From a virus (Duplodnaviria; Heunggongvirae; Uroviricota; Caudoviricetes): DNA of 64,000 nt. Numbering within the stretch: position 1 is the first letter of the stretch; each line of letters opens with the position of its first letter. Below, piece by piece: positions 1 through 9,442 of this stretch. The DNA is taken from the IMG/VR virus record IMGVR_UViG_3300030035_000024; one strand, written 5' to 3'. Below the pieces are notes generated by a model. It searched no databases, was not told the origin of the DNA, and saw nothing but the letters and a program-made list of their open reading frames with translations. Made by a program: the position numbers and the translations under genes.

Positions 1-1827
1 GGATTTCCAGTAAAATAAGTCACCCTCATGCTTCTTTCGTTCTTCGTTTGTAGTCCATCCAGAAGCCGGGATATTCTGTAAGGTTGGTTCATAGTCATAA
101 AAAAAAGTCTCAATCTGTCCATCGATTTGAGACTGTAAATTATTAATATCAGTTGTGTATGTATTGCTTATAAAATTATTTACTTCTGTTTCTGCTTTTT
201 CCTTTGCAATCGCATTAACATCTTTTCCCTTAACTTGTACGGAATCCGCATTAATAACAACCCTTCCTGTTGTTACATCAACCAGGAAAGTTGTATTTCC
301 GTCTTTGTCAATTGCCTTAATAGTTCCTGTGTTAATCCAGTCAGCATTAACACCTGTAGCAGTAAGGATTCTGGCAATTACATCACCATCAACTGTCATG
401 CCGCCATTCCAATGTTGTCCACCATCTGTAGATACAGCCCACGCTTCCGCAGTCATTTTCCATATAATATCAGAATCGGATAACTGTGGCTTGTTATGAA
501 GATAATAAATGTTGCTTCCGTCCGGCTGTGTTTCCACAGTAGTATATGTACCGGAAGATTCAGACAATCTTTGAGACAATTCTTCAATTGCCTTTTCTCT
601 TTCGGTGCGTTCATCTTTTAAGTTCTTTTTGCTTTCGGCTTGCACCTGTTGGCTTAGTGTATACTGCTTTTGCTTATTCCTAGATACGCTTTTAGCACTG
701 CACTCAAGTTGCTCAAATGCGCCTGGATTCAAAGTAACAGAAGTTAGGAAGCTCTTGTACTGTTTTCCATTTCTATCAGAAATTGCAATGGTGTCACCAG
801 CTTCCCATGCTATATTAGTCAATGCGCCTGTGGTAAATGGTCTGAATTTTAGCCCCACGCACCTGTCTGCGATAATCTGGCAGATTTTCTCCCCGGAGCC
901 CTCTTGGATTAGCCTATTATCACTGATTTCGATAACATAGCCAGATTTCCCCGACTGATATGTTTTTGCTTCATTTTTAGAAGAATTTTCAACGTATTCT
1001 GTAACTTTTATACCTGTTATTTCGATATCGTACAGCCATGGTGTAAATCCGTTTGTTTGAATTGCTGTAATCCCAGTCTGCATGATAGTAATGATTTGTT
1101 CACCAGTGGTATCTAATATGTCGTTACCTTCTACATCTTTCCATGGAGTTTCCACCAAATCATAAAAATTATCCGGGACTTCACGTTCATACCATCCAAA
1201 GCATAAGCGACCATATTCGTCACATTTCGCCCACTGGCAGCCCATCTGTGCTACCCATGCAATTACCTGTCTGAAAGTAATACTGCTATCGTCTGGTCGA
1301 TTCTGGATTATGAAATCATCGTTATCAAATCTTGTAGATTGCAGTGTTACTCCGCAGACTTTACAAGCATCTTGGATAATTTGTAATCTTGTTGCCGGAT
1401 AGGACAGCTTACTTTCTGAATAATCACGATCAAATAATCGCATGGAATCTTCACAAGTTAGGCTAATAATAGCTGTGTTCTGGTATGGAGCATCTGTTAC
1501 CGTCATAGTACAGATACGGATTTTTTCAATACCAGTAGATAATTCAAGTCCAATATAGCAAACAACCCTTGCTCCATCCCAGATGTAATCTGTGTACTTG
1601 CCAGAAAAGTTGTTGATCTGCAAAGTTAGTTTATTTATAATAGCTGCGCCAATATCAAAGGAACCATTTTGCGATACTGCATCCTCAAATTTAAAACCAT
1701 TAGACCATAAGTCTTTGTCGGTAATGGATAATGTGCTTCCGTCCGTAAAGGTAAAATCTGCATATTTCAGATAGTTGCGGTTCCCACTATTCTGTTGTTC
1801 TTTAAATTCCGTTGATAAATTTCGCAT
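1..1827 (-). CDS. Phage tail protein, Tal-like (tail-associated / prophage-tail family), N-terminal >600 aa; the ORF continues past the left window edge
   Basis: Own translation of the minus strand from ATG 1827 (RBS GAGAGG 6 nt upstream) gives MRNLSTEFKEQQNSG..., which stays open to position 1. Not in the ORF track because it runs off the edge. Beta-rich with a Thr/Asn-rich C-terminal part; sits directly downstream of a Dit-like gene. Confidence 0.5.
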   Translation of the reverse strand, partial: MRNLSTEFKEQQNSGNRNYLKYADFTFTDGSTLSITDKDLWSNGFKFEDAVSQNGSFDIGAAIINKLTLQINNFSGKYTDYIWDGARVVCYIGLELSTGIEKIRICTMTVTDAPYQNTAIISLTCEDSMRLFDRDYSESKLSYPATRLQIIQDACKVCGVTLQSTRFDNDDFIIQNRPDDSSITFRQVIAWVAQMGCQWAKCDEYGRLCFGWYEREVPDNFYDLVETPWKDVEGNDILDTTGEQIITIMQTGITAIQTNGFTPWLYDIEITGIKVTEYVENSSKNEAKTYQSGKSGYVIEISDNRLIQEGSGEKICQIIADRCVGLKFRPFTTGALTNIAWEAGDTIAISDRNGKQYKSFLTSVTLNPGAFEQLECSAKSVSRNKQKQYTLSQQVQAESKKNLKDERTEREKAIEELSQRLSESSGTYTTVETQPDGSNIYYLHNKPQLSDSDIIWKMTAEAWAVSTDGGQHWNGGMTVDGDVIARILTATGVNADWINTGTIKAIDKDGNTTFLVDVTTGRVVINADSVQVKGKDVNAIAKEKAETEVNNFISNTYTTDINNLQSQIDGQIETFFYDYEPTLQNIPASGWTTNEERKKHEGDLFYWKS

Positions 1828-1830
1828 ATC

Positions 1831-2196
1831 TTACCTCTCAATAAAATCAAAACTAATTCCTTCCATGCGCTCATTGCCTATCCACCAACACTTAAAAGGG
1901 GAATCCCTGTCACTAACATAAAATGTTCTGGTTTCGTGCTTATTTGCAGATAGCAAGTCTGGATATGTGACCTGTATGTACTCTGGATTTACTGCCTGTA
2001 TAATTTTGCAAGCAGTGTCCCAATCTGGGCCATTCCAACCTACAGACAGCTTTCGTTTCTGTCCAACTCTGTTTTTATGCATGGTCGTATCGTCTGTTCT
2101 GCCGGATTCTGATGCCGATATATCCTGTAATCCCCATGTAAAAGAAGAAGGACAGGGCATTGCTACCCCATCCACTTTTAAAAATGCTTCTGCCAT
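1831..2196 (-). CDS. Phage tail component, possible Dit-like distal tail protein (121 aa)
   Basis: ORF-track 121 aa immediately upstream of the Tal-like gene on the same strand. Has conserved-looking W/G/Y beta motifs. Assignment rests on position. Confidence 0.3.
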   Translation of the reverse strand: MAEAFLKVDGVAMPCPSSFTWGLQDISASESGRTDDTTMHKNRVGQKRKLSVGWNGPDWDTACKIIQAVNPEYIQVTYPDLLSANKHETRTFYVSDRDSPFKCWWIGNERMEGISFDFIER

Positions 2197-2296
2197 ATGC
2201 TAACCCTCATGTATTTTTACACACGAAAAAAGCGCCTACCCCGAAAGGTAAACGCTTTAAAAATTGCTTATTATGATTTTATATCATAGCATAGGT

Positions 2297-2328
2297 GGTT
2301 GGTATCATTCAGTATACTTCGGTATCAT
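2297..2328 (-). promoter_or_regulatory. Copy 1 of a 30-bp conserved motif GGTATCATTCAGTATACTTCGGTATCAT (minus strand: ATGATACCGAAGTATACTGAATGATACC); candidate late promoter or activator site
   Basis: A near-identical element recurs at 17410-17440 and 29301-29332, always intergenic and about 40-100 nt upstream of a minus-strand gene block. Contains TATACT flanked by a direct repeat TGATACC. Confidence 0.45.
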
Positions 2329-2423
2329 TTCAATAATCTTTTCACATATGCATAAACAACTTTCAGCCAGTGGCTATTATTGCAGTTCTGTACAAGATTA
2401 ATAATCTCAGTTTTATAATTCAT
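2325..2423 (-). CDS. Small ORF, 32 aa (MNYKTEIINLVQNCNNSHWLKVVYAYVKRLLK)
   Basis: ATG at 2423 preceded by GGTGGAG; TGA at 2325-2327. Paralogous N-terminus (MNYK...) to the adjacent small ORF. Not in the ORF track because it is under 60 aa. Confidence 0.25.
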   Translation of the reverse strand: MNYKTEIINLVQNCNNSHWLKVVYAYVKRLLK

Positions 2424-2427
2424 AGTG

Positions 2428-2535
2428 TTAGCTCCACCTTTCTAAAAACAGCTGAATAAAAGTATATAAGTATTCCAGGGTTCCTGGCTTCTCAATGCTC
2501 TCAATCATTGAAATAATTCCCTTTTTGTAATTCAT
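2428..2535 (-). CDS. Small ORF, 35 aa (MNYKKGIISMIESIEKPGTLEYLYTFIQLFLERWS)
   Basis: Its ATG overlaps the TGA of the upstream HNH gene (ATGA). RBS GGAGGAATTGTGG. Ends TAA 2428-2430. Tandem paralog of the 2325-2423 ORF. Confidence 0.25.
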   Translation of the reverse strand: MNYKKGIISMIESIEKPGTLEYLYTFIQLFLERWS

Positions 2536-2891
2536 TCCACAATTCCTCCTAACATTCTAATCAATTTCTGTTTTCGGTTATACTTCAAAATCTCGGAAAT
2601 CTGCCCCATCATATCATCCATTGTCATGTTGCTCTTCATGCTGTTGCAACGCTTACACGCCAGTTGCAGATTCTTAATATCATTGGTGCCGCCACGAGAC
2701 AACGGCATAATGTGGTCGATTGTCATTTTCTTGAATTTGACAGGCTTACCACATATCGCACATTTTCCGTTGCACTTGGCGTACACGCTCTTTTTCTGAA
2801 AGTCATTGAACTGGATTCTATTTGCCATACGATCACGCTTTCTGCTCCATAGATTCAAGAGCCTTAAATTTCTGTCTTGCTTTATTGGCAT
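2532..2891 (-). CDS. HNH homing endonuclease (119 aa)
   Basis: Translation contains CAICGKPVKFKKMTIDHIMPLSRGGTNDIKNLQLACKRCNSMK, the HNH motif with Zn-binding Cys pairs. Confidence 0.8.
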   Translation of the reverse strand: MPIKQDRNLRLLNLWSRKRDRMANRIQFNDFQKKSVYAKCNGKCAICGKPVKFKKMTIDHIMPLSRGGTNDIKNLQLACKRCNSMKSNMTMDDMMGQISEILKYNRKQKLIRMLGGIVE

Positions 2892-3084
2892 AATCGCTCA
2901 AAATCAACAGTTTCATTGTCATAAATTGCTTGTTATATGCAAAGAAAAGGCTTTTCTCTTTGTCCATCTCTTCTGTGCTGTTAAATCCATACTGTTCTAT
3001 GAAATCATCCACAAGAAACTTGATTTTATCAATAGTGTCCTCTACTTCGAACATTGTGTCTTCTCTATCCATATTTTCTGTCAT
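2833..3084 (-). CDS. Hypothetical acidic protein (83 aa)
   Basis: ORF-track ORF MTENMDREDTMFEVEDTIDKIK...; overlaps the extended HNH start, which probably initiates at an internal Met near 2828. Confidence 0.35.
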   Translation of the reverse strand: MTENMDREDTMFEVEDTIDKIKFLVDDFIEQYGFNSTEEMDKEKSLFFAYNKQFMTMKLLILSDYANKARQKFKALESMEQKA

Positions 3085-3120
3085 TTTATTTTCCTCCTGT
3101 GTATCCCTGTAAAAATCTAA

Positions 3121-3936
3121 TTATGCGATTTCTACTCTGTATGCAATCATCATTTCTTTAATCACGCTAACGTAAATATCTTTCAGCCGCTTATTCTGCA
3201 TAATCACGGACAGTTTGTTAATCTGGTTGGTCTGTGCCTTGGTGCAGCCTCTTTCTTCGGCTCTGGAAATCGCATTTCTAAGTTGCTGATCTAATCGGCA
3301 ACCAGCCCTGTCTGATAATCTGCGGTAGCTTTCGTTTCTGGCGGCGGCATATTTATTCCCGAATGAGTAAGAGAAATCATCGCTCTCGGCAATCTTTGAA
3401 ATACATCTGTTTACCCACTTCTCTGTGCCAACATCGGAATCCGTCCCCTTGAAAGTATCAATGATGGTTTTCATGTTCTTCTCTTGTTGGTCGGCACGTT
3501 CCGCAAGTTTCTTCTGTTCCAGTTCAGTCTTGGCTACTTGTTGAAAAATTTGATTGAACATTTGCAGTTCGGGTGACAGCTGATTAATGTTGATTGCTGT
3601 CTGCTTGTATTTCTCTTCCACTTGGATAAAATACTTGCGAACCTGTTTTCCTTTGTCGTTGCGTTCAAGCATTGCCATTTCTTTGGCAGTGTCGAGTTTG
3701 ATGAGGTATTCAATCGTGTGTTTACTGCCTGTTACCTGCTCCTCAATTTTGGGGAGCAGATCAAAATCTTCTTTTTCCTCAGCATCACACTCTGATAATC
3801 TCCTCTTTACCCATGTGGAAAAATCTGTTTTTACTGCTAAGCTTTTATGCAAGTCTTTTCCATATACAACTTTAATTCCTTTTTCGGTTTCGTACACAGG
3901 AACTAATTCATTTTCAATAACCTTTAAATTTGCCAT
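3121..3936 (-). CDS. Phage regulatory protein Rha / antirepressor-like (271 aa)
   Basis: N-terminus ELVPVYETEKGIKVVYGKDLHKSLAVKTDFSTWVKRRL matches the Rha-family pattern. C-terminal part is helical and charged, like ORF6C/KilAC antirepressor tails. Confidence 0.55.
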   Translation of the reverse strand: MANLKVIENELVPVYETEKGIKVVYGKDLHKSLAVKTDFSTWVKRRLSECDAEEKEDFDLLPKIEEQVTGSKHTIEYLIKLDTAKEMAMLERNDKGKQVRKYFIQVEEKYKQTAININQLSPELQMFNQIFQQVAKTELEQKKLAERADQQEKNMKTIIDTFKGTDSDVGTEKWVNRCISKIAESDDFSYSFGNKYAAARNESYRRLSDRAGCRLDQQLRNAISRAEERGCTKAQTNQINKLSVIMQNKRLKDIYVSVIKEMMIAYRVEIA

Positions 3937-4030
3937 AAAAAATCTCCTTTCGGTGTTTACAATTACACCGAAGGGAGATATAATGACAATATCAACCGCT
4001 TCGGTGTGTTGAGGGTTTTAAGAGTAACCG

Positions 4031-4276
4031 CTACTTGTCGAGGGTTTCGGTTGCTCTTATTTCGTTATAGACCTTTTCAATCCCAATTCTAATAATTTCT
4101 GCTTTTGATTTTCCCGTTTTGTCTGAACAATATTCTAATCTCTGGATATCATCGTCAGAAAGCCTTACTGGCATCGAAATCTTTTTAGGATTATCAGTAG
4201 GTCTACCAGTTCTAGGTGACACCTTATCATCTCCTTTCTTTTTTGTATATACATATATTAATATACCGATATACAA
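4031..4276 (-). CDS. Small ribbon-helix-helix-like DNA-binding protein
   Basis: C-terminal KISMPVRLSDDDIQRLEYCSDKTGKSKAEIIRIGIEKVY shows a beta-strand then two helices, typical of CopG/Arc RHH. The true start is likely internal. Confidence 0.35.
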   Translation of the reverse strand: MYIGILIYVYTKKKGDDKVSPRTGRPTDNPKKISMPVRLSDDDIQRLEYCSDKTGKSKAEIIRIGIEKVYNEIRATETLDK

Positions 4277-4377
4277 AAGTCAACCATTATTTTAACTTTT
4301 TTCAAATTTCCTATTCCACTATTCATTTTGGAGTGGTAAAATATGTATATCATACTGATTTAGGGAGGAAAACGCAT

Positions 4378-5535
4378 ATGAAAAAATCCAAAAAGTTACT
4401 GGCAGTTTTGACCATAATGTTACTGATTGTCTGTATGGCAGTTCCAGTATCGGCGGCTTGGAAAATTAGTAAGAGTAAGGCAACACTGTTTACTGGACAA
4501 ACTTTACAGTTGAAATTGTCTGGGACAAAGGGAAAGGCAAAATGGGCTTCCAGTAAAAAGGCTGTTGCAACTGTTAGCAGTACCGGAAAGGTAAAATCGA
4601 AGAAAGCTGGTTCAGCTACAATCACTGCAAAGGTCGGTAAAAAGAAGTACAGCTGTAAATTAACGGTTGAGTCTCCAAAGCTGAATAAAAAGTCATTATC
4701 CTTAACAGTCGGAGGAACAAGCACTTTAAAAGTGACAGGAACCAAACAGGTTGTAAAATGGAAGTCCTCAAAGAAAAGTGTTGTGGTTGTAAACAGCAAA
4801 GGTAAAATTACAGCCAAAAAGGCAGGGACTGCAAATATTACGGCTACAGTCCTGGGAAAGAAATTCACCTGCAAAGTTACTGTGAAAGCTGTTGATGATG
4901 GATTTAACAGCAATCCAGGGGACGATTTCAATGGCAATAACCGAAACAATGACAATAACAATAATCATGGAAATCAAAACACAACTCTCCCATCATACGG
5001 TGTAACTTATCATGCAGAGTCTACACCATATGGGGCTGTGGCGATTCTGGAAAACCATTATGATTACACCATAGAACTTAGAGTTGATTTTGTATATTTT
5101 CTGAATGGTTCTATGATTGGAAAGGAATCTGCTTATAATTATGCTTTTGCTCCACACTCAAAATGTGCGCTTCAGGGTTGGAACTATGACAAAACATGGG
5201 ATTCTTTTAAGATTAATTTAAGTATTGAAAAAGCTTCTTCCAGTATAATAGTTAATAATTCTGGAATACACTATTCAGCCAATTTTGGAGCTGGAAATGT
5301 CATGGTAAAAATAAATAATAGAGGAAGAAAAACCACTTCCACCACTATTGCGGTTGTATTTTATCAGAATGGTAAAATAATTGGATATGATTATCAGTAT
5401 GCTCATGTAGAAAATCCTGGTTCGACTGCTTATCTTGAATTTAGCTTTCCTTATGACAGAAATTATGATACAATAACGCCTGATAAATTTGAAGTATATG
5501 TAAACAACTCTTACACATATGACTGGATGAACTAA
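4378..5535 (+). CDS. Secreted surface protein with three Big_2-like Ig repeats and a C-terminal beta domain
   Basis: ATG 4378 with RBS AGGGAGG. Signal peptide MKKSKKLLAVLTIMLLIVCMAVPVSAAW. Three repeats of about 60 aa (KATLFTGQTLQLKL...ATITAKVGKKKYSCKLTV). One of the few plus-strand genes, so likely moron/lysogeny-expressed. Confidence 0.6.
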   Translation: MKKSKKLLAVLTIMLLIVCMAVPVSAAWKISKSKATLFTGQTLQLKLSGTKGKAKWASSKKAVATVSSTGKVKSKKAGSATITAKVGKKKYSCKLTVESPKLNKKSLSLTVGGTSTLKVTGTKQVVKWKSSKKSVVVVNSKGKITAKKAGTANITATVLGKKFTCKVTVKAVDDGFNSNPGDDFNGNNRNNDNNNNHGNQNTTLPSYGVTYHAESTPYGAVAILENHYDYTIELRVDFVYFLNGSMIGKESAYNYAFAPHSKCALQGWNYDKTWDSFKINLSIEKASSSIIVNNSGIHYSANFGAGNVMVKINNRGRKTTSTTIAVVFYQNGKIIGYDYQYAHVENPGSTAYLEFSFPYDRNYDTITPDKFEVYVNNSYTYDWMN

Positions 5536-5569
5536 GATAAAGGCTAGGGAGAAATCCCTAGCCAATTTT

Positions 5570-6295
5570 TTAATATAAACTTCTAATGTAAGTATTTGTA
5601 AATTCGTTATACTCTCCAACCATATCAATATTATTTACGGAAACGTATCTAGTTTCATATGTTCCTGTATATTCGTCTGTATTTGAGTAAGTAAATTGAG
5701 TAATAAAACTGTAGTCTTTTCCATCATAAGAAAAATCTCCACGTACTTCCGCTAATCCATCACATTCTTTAATTTCGAGTGAATTTTCTCCCCCTGTCCC
5801 GATTCCAAGATTAACCATAGGATTTATATTATACTGCATGAGTTCTTCTGCGGTTCTGCCAATAAATTTCTTAGTATCAGAATCTAAATCGTCTCCGTTT
5901 TTTATCAACCACGGAAACAGATTAGTCCCCATATTTGAAGTTTCTGTCCCATTGTCTACATCATATGTTACATCCAGTAACAATCGTCCAGAATCCGATG
6001 CAAAAACAAGTGAATAAATATCATTATAGTCAAACCAATCTTGATAAGCCATATTTCTAAGCATTTCATGTGATTGTTTAACATAATCCAGAGATTCTTC
6101 CCGTGGAAGAGATACCCTTACGAAAAGGCAAGAAACATTTTCTCCACAATATTCTTCCGCATAAAATGATATCGTGTCAGAACTATAATCAGCCAAATAC
6201 TCATTAACTTGGTCTATGGAAGCCATGACAGGTGTCGCAGTCACCAAACTCGCCATCACGGTTGCAGCAGCAATAACTCTTTTTACTTTCTTCAT
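5570..6295 (-). CDS. Secreted protein of unknown function (241 aa)
   Basis: Signal peptide MKKVKRVIAAATVMASLVTATPVMAS. Convergent with the Big_2 gene. Confidence 0.5.
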   Translation of the reverse strand: MKKVKRVIAAATVMASLVTATPVMASIDQVNEYLADYSSDTISFYAEEYCGENVSCLFVRVSLPREESLDYVKQSHEMLRNMAYQDWFDYNDIYSLVFASDSGRLLLDVTYDVDNGTETSNMGTNLFPWLIKNGDDLDSDTKKFIGRTAEELMQYNINPMVNLGIGTGGENSLEIKECDGLAEVRGDFSYDGKDYSFITQFTYSNTDEYTGTYETRYVSVNNIDMVGEYNEFTNTYIRSLY

Positions 6296-6358
6296 ACTTA
6301 CGTACCTCCCAATACTTGATACCCATATTGTACCACCTCGGGACGCATTCCGAAAGAA

Positions 6359-6583
6359 CTATTTCGCTTTTCTATCAATTTCCGCAGTTACGGCAAACAA
6401 AAGAGCTTCGGCAAATTTCGAACCGACCGAATCAGAGTATTTATCGTGAATCCGGTTTGCTTCCACGGTGAGATTTTCCCACTGCGGAATATCGTCCTTT
6501 GAGATAAAGGCGTACTTCTTGTGGAGGTTCCATATTTCTTGCCAGATGGAGAAATAAGTTTGCTTGAAATTCATCAATACCAC
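6359..6583 (-). CDS. Hypothetical protein (74 aa)
   Basis: ORF-track ORF; overlaps the upstream gene by 10 nt, suggesting translational coupling. Confidence 0.3.
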   Translation of the reverse strand: MVLMNFKQTYFSIWQEIWNLHKKYAFISKDDIPQWENLTVEANRIHDKYSDSVGSKFAEALLFAVTAEIDRKAK

Positions 6584-6906
6584 TTCTCCGTCAGTTGATT
6601 AATCGGTGTTCCGGCAACTCCGGCACTTTCTCCGCTGTCTGTTGCCTTAAAGTATGCACCTATAATCTGAGGGTACATAAATTCAAACATTAAATAATTA
6701 GCTGCATCGCAAAGATATTCTGTATTTCCTGTCTCACGATACTTTTTGATGCACATATCGTGGGATTCCAAGGCGTTTACCAACTTCTCCCCGAAGTTAT
6801 CCTTTGCCGTACCATACTTGTAAAAGCTTACCTCAACCCTATTCTGTCGTAATTTATCGAAACGGTCTGAATATTCTGTTGGAAGTTCTGTTCCTAGTTT
6901 GCTCAT
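6574..6906 (-). CDS. Hypothetical protein (110 aa)
   Basis: ORF-track ORF MSKLGTELPTEYSDRFDKLRQNRVEV...; no recognisable motif. Confidence 0.35.
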   Translation of the reverse strand: MSKLGTELPTEYSDRFDKLRQNRVEVSFYKYGTAKDNFGEKLVNALESHDMCIKKYRETGNTEYLCDAANYLMFEFMYPQIIGAYFKATDSGESAGVAGTPINQLTEKWY

Positions 6907-7025
6907 ATGCTTTAATTCTCCACAATTAATTAATTTCTTGACTCAAAAATCAGTTTTCTTGGCTTGTGCCTATATTTTATCTGGCAAGAGGTTTTGAAAC
7001 GTATTTGGTTATTTTATCATGTCAA

Positions 7026-7469
7026 TTAATTACCCTCATATGTCTCATAATCAATCGTTCCAAGATTACCGTACACATTTGGATAATAAATTCCAACCCA
7101 GAAGTTATCCTCCATTGCTTTGTAGTAAGTTACTTTTACATTCCATCTCTGTACCTCGTCAATAATTTCTTTGTTTAGAAGTCCGAATTGATCTCGGCAA
7201 GCTTCACTTTCCAGTTTGTAAGTCAATGCTTTGTATTTCTCGGCATTTGCCTGTCTGGTGGCGGTAACATTGGTTTTGGTGAGTAGTAAAATCAATCCAG
7301 CTACCAGGAACCATACTACACTGATGAAAGAAATTACCACGCCAAAAGACAATATAAATCCACTCACACTTGAACGCTCATATTCGCAGCTTAAAGATTC
7401 GCCTATTCTATTTGTAATCAGAATAACAACGCCGACCGCAAAAATGATTACTGATAGCCAAAATATCAT
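7026..7469 (-). CDS. Membrane protein, 2 TM helices plus cytoplasmic domain (147 aa)
   Basis: Hydrophobic stretches MIFWLSVIIFAVGVVILI and FGVVISFISVVWFLVAGLILLL. Confidence 0.45.
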   Translation of the reverse strand: MIFWLSVIIFAVGVVILITNRIGESLSCEYERSSVSGFILSFGVVISFISVVWFLVAGLILLLTKTNVTATRQANAEKYKALTYKLESEACRDQFGLLNKEIIDEVQRWNVKVTYYKAMEDNFWVGIYYPNVYGNLGTIDYETYEGN

Positions 7470-8530
7470 AGCATGTCCTCCCTGTCCTCAACTTTCATTA
7501 ACAAATTTTTCCGTATGTAGCCAGACATGAAATGCGAATAATGATGATCCGTGTACTCACTAAATGAAGTGCCAAAGTATTCATCAATCACTTTCATGTA
7601 TGTTTCAATTTCAACATTCTGGAAGTAATCTGGATTTGGCCCGAATCCAAACTTGTCCAGGATATTATCCAAAGCGTCTTGATTGATTTTTATGTGCGGT
7701 TTTCTGGTTCGTTCTTCATACCTCTTGAAGAAATACTTCGATACTACCAGGAAGCGGTTAGTTGTATATGGGCTTGTCGTATATCCCAATTCTTCAAGAC
7801 GCACTGAAACCTGGTTCTTGAATGCAGACCAGTTAAAAGATTTACGGTCTATTGGAGTATACTGGATGTTCTCCTCGGTCAACATATTTTTGATATGTTG
7901 AGAATTGAACCACTCGTTAGAGTGGTATGCATTTTTCTCTTCTTCTTTTAACTCCGTAGGAGATGTAGTATCTGGTTTATCATTAATGTCTGAAATATAA
8001 TCTCTGTTTGTAGTTTTTGGTATTGTTTGACGGTTTGAATCGTATTGATCGTTCATTGGTACTTCATTCATTGCGCACTCATGCGCATTGGAAAAATCAT
8101 CTGGCAAATTAATTTTGTAATCGCTTAAAGGATAACCTTTTTCTTTAAGTGCTTTTGCTATATTTACAAGGCTAACACGATATTGTAAAGTTCTGTCCCA
8201 TTTGTATTTTGGGTTATTTCTTTTTGAAATAAAGCCCATATTAACCAGTTCATTGATATACCGTCTTACTTGGCTTACAGACAAGCCAAGCATGATTTCA
8301 TTGGATAGTTCTTCTGCTGTTTTGTATATCCAGCCATAGAATAATTCCTTTTCTTCTTCACCATTTTTTCGTGCGATTTCATTTTCTTTTTCAATGAATT
8401 TATCTGCATCGGAAACTCTTTCAGACCAATAAATAAATTGTTTTAATATGATTGCTTTACGAAAATCTCCTGTAATAGCAAGCAAATCTTCACGCAAAAC
8501 TACTTTTTTAATTTTCTCCATCTTATTCAC
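7466..8530 (-). CDS. RepA_N-like winged-helix DNA-binding protein (putative replication initiator or regulator), 354 aa
   Basis: N-terminus ...ELFYGWIYKTAEELSNEIMLGLSVSQVRRYINELVNMGFISKRNN resembles the Firmicutes RepA_N winged-helix pattern. Family call is from memory of the motif, not a search. Confidence 0.45.
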   Translation of the reverse strand: MNKMEKIKKVVLREDLLAITGDFRKAIILKQFIYWSERVSDADKFIEKENEIARKNGEEEKELFYGWIYKTAEELSNEIMLGLSVSQVRRYINELVNMGFISKRNNPKYKWDRTLQYRVSLVNIAKALKEKGYPLSDYKINLPDDFSNAHECAMNEVPMNDQYDSNRQTIPKTTNRDYISDINDKPDTTSPTELKEEEKNAYHSNEWFNSQHIKNMLTEENIQYTPIDRKSFNWSAFKNQVSVRLEELGYTTSPYTTNRFLVVSKYFFKRYEERTRKPHIKINQDALDNILDKFGFGPNPDYFQNVEIETYMKVIDEYFGTSFSEYTDHHYSHFMSGYIRKNLLMKVEDREDML

Positions 8531-9341
8531 CTGCCGCTCTGTCTAATTTATCGTGAAATTTGCTATGGCAATTTTCGCATAACACTATGAGATCGTTATC
8601 TGCAACTGATCTCATATGTTCTCGTCCGTGATTTTCATATGTTTTATGGTGGACATTAAGTTTTCCGCTTTTTCCGCATAACTGGCAACGGTAATTTGCA
8701 CTTTTTAACTTATAATTTCTAACTCCATCCCAATACGGTGTATGTAAAAAATCGTTATAATCCATATTGTTAATCTCTTTGCATATTTCGTCTTGATCTG
8801 GGTTAGTTCCATATTTTTGATACATGATATAGTTAATTTTGTCTTTTGCAGATACTCCATCAGTAAAGCAAGCGTTAGGATTTAAATATTCCTTGTATCT
8901 GAGAGTGAGGTTTGCAAGTTCCTCTTTTCTTTCTTTTTCCCATTTTTCACGAGATATAGATTGTTCGATTTTTATCTGCTTCTGATATTCTGTCTCACAT
9001 TCTTCGCATCTGAAATACTCGTTATTAGTGTCTTTATTATTGATACATTTAATCATATTTAAAATTCTAGTTTTAGAAATCATCCGAGTATATATTTTCC
9101 CACAAATAGGGCATTTTATTTGATACTCATATAAAATTTTATCCGTAGGATCTAAATTATCATATCTATAAAATGCATTAGTGATTTCTGTTGTTTTTAC
9201 ATTCATTAGAATTTTCGTAAGTTCAAAGTCGATAAGATCTCCACGTTTTATTAAATTGTCATTTTTTCTGATGTCTGAAAAGACCACATTTTTAATAAAT
9301 TCTTTATTCATATAGATAACCTCCTTGTTGGTCGTAGACAC
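8523..9341 (-). CDS. HNH endonuclease with N-terminal zinc finger (272 aa)
   Basis: CPICGK...CEEC zinc finger. C-terminus CQLCGKSGKLNVHHKTYENHG...DLIVLCENCHSKFH is an HNH motif. Confidence 0.65.
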   Translation of the reverse strand: MSTTNKEVIYMNKEFIKNVVFSDIRKNDNLIKRGDLIDFELTKILMNVKTTEITNAFYRYDNLDPTDKILYEYQIKCPICGKIYTRMISKTRILNMIKCINNKDTNNEYFRCEECETEYQKQIKIEQSISREKWEKERKEELANLTLRYKEYLNPNACFTDGVSAKDKINYIMYQKYGTNPDQDEICKEINNMDYNDFLHTPYWDGVRNYKLKSANYRCQLCGKSGKLNVHHKTYENHGREHMRSVADNDLIVLCENCHSKFHDKLDRAAGE

Positions 9342-9442
9342 TCTCCGTATTGTGCCAGAATCCTTGATTTATAAAAACAGTGGACAGGCGCATCAAGGTT
9401 TACGCTTTTCGGCGGCCAACCTAGCCCACTGAATTTACCATA

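Noticed and set aside
155-940. Plus-strand ORFs 155-499, 235-483 and 605-940 at the left edge
   Set aside because: Antisense to the long minus-strand Tal-like ORF that starts at 1827 and runs off the window. The ORF track omits that gene only because it has no in-window stop.
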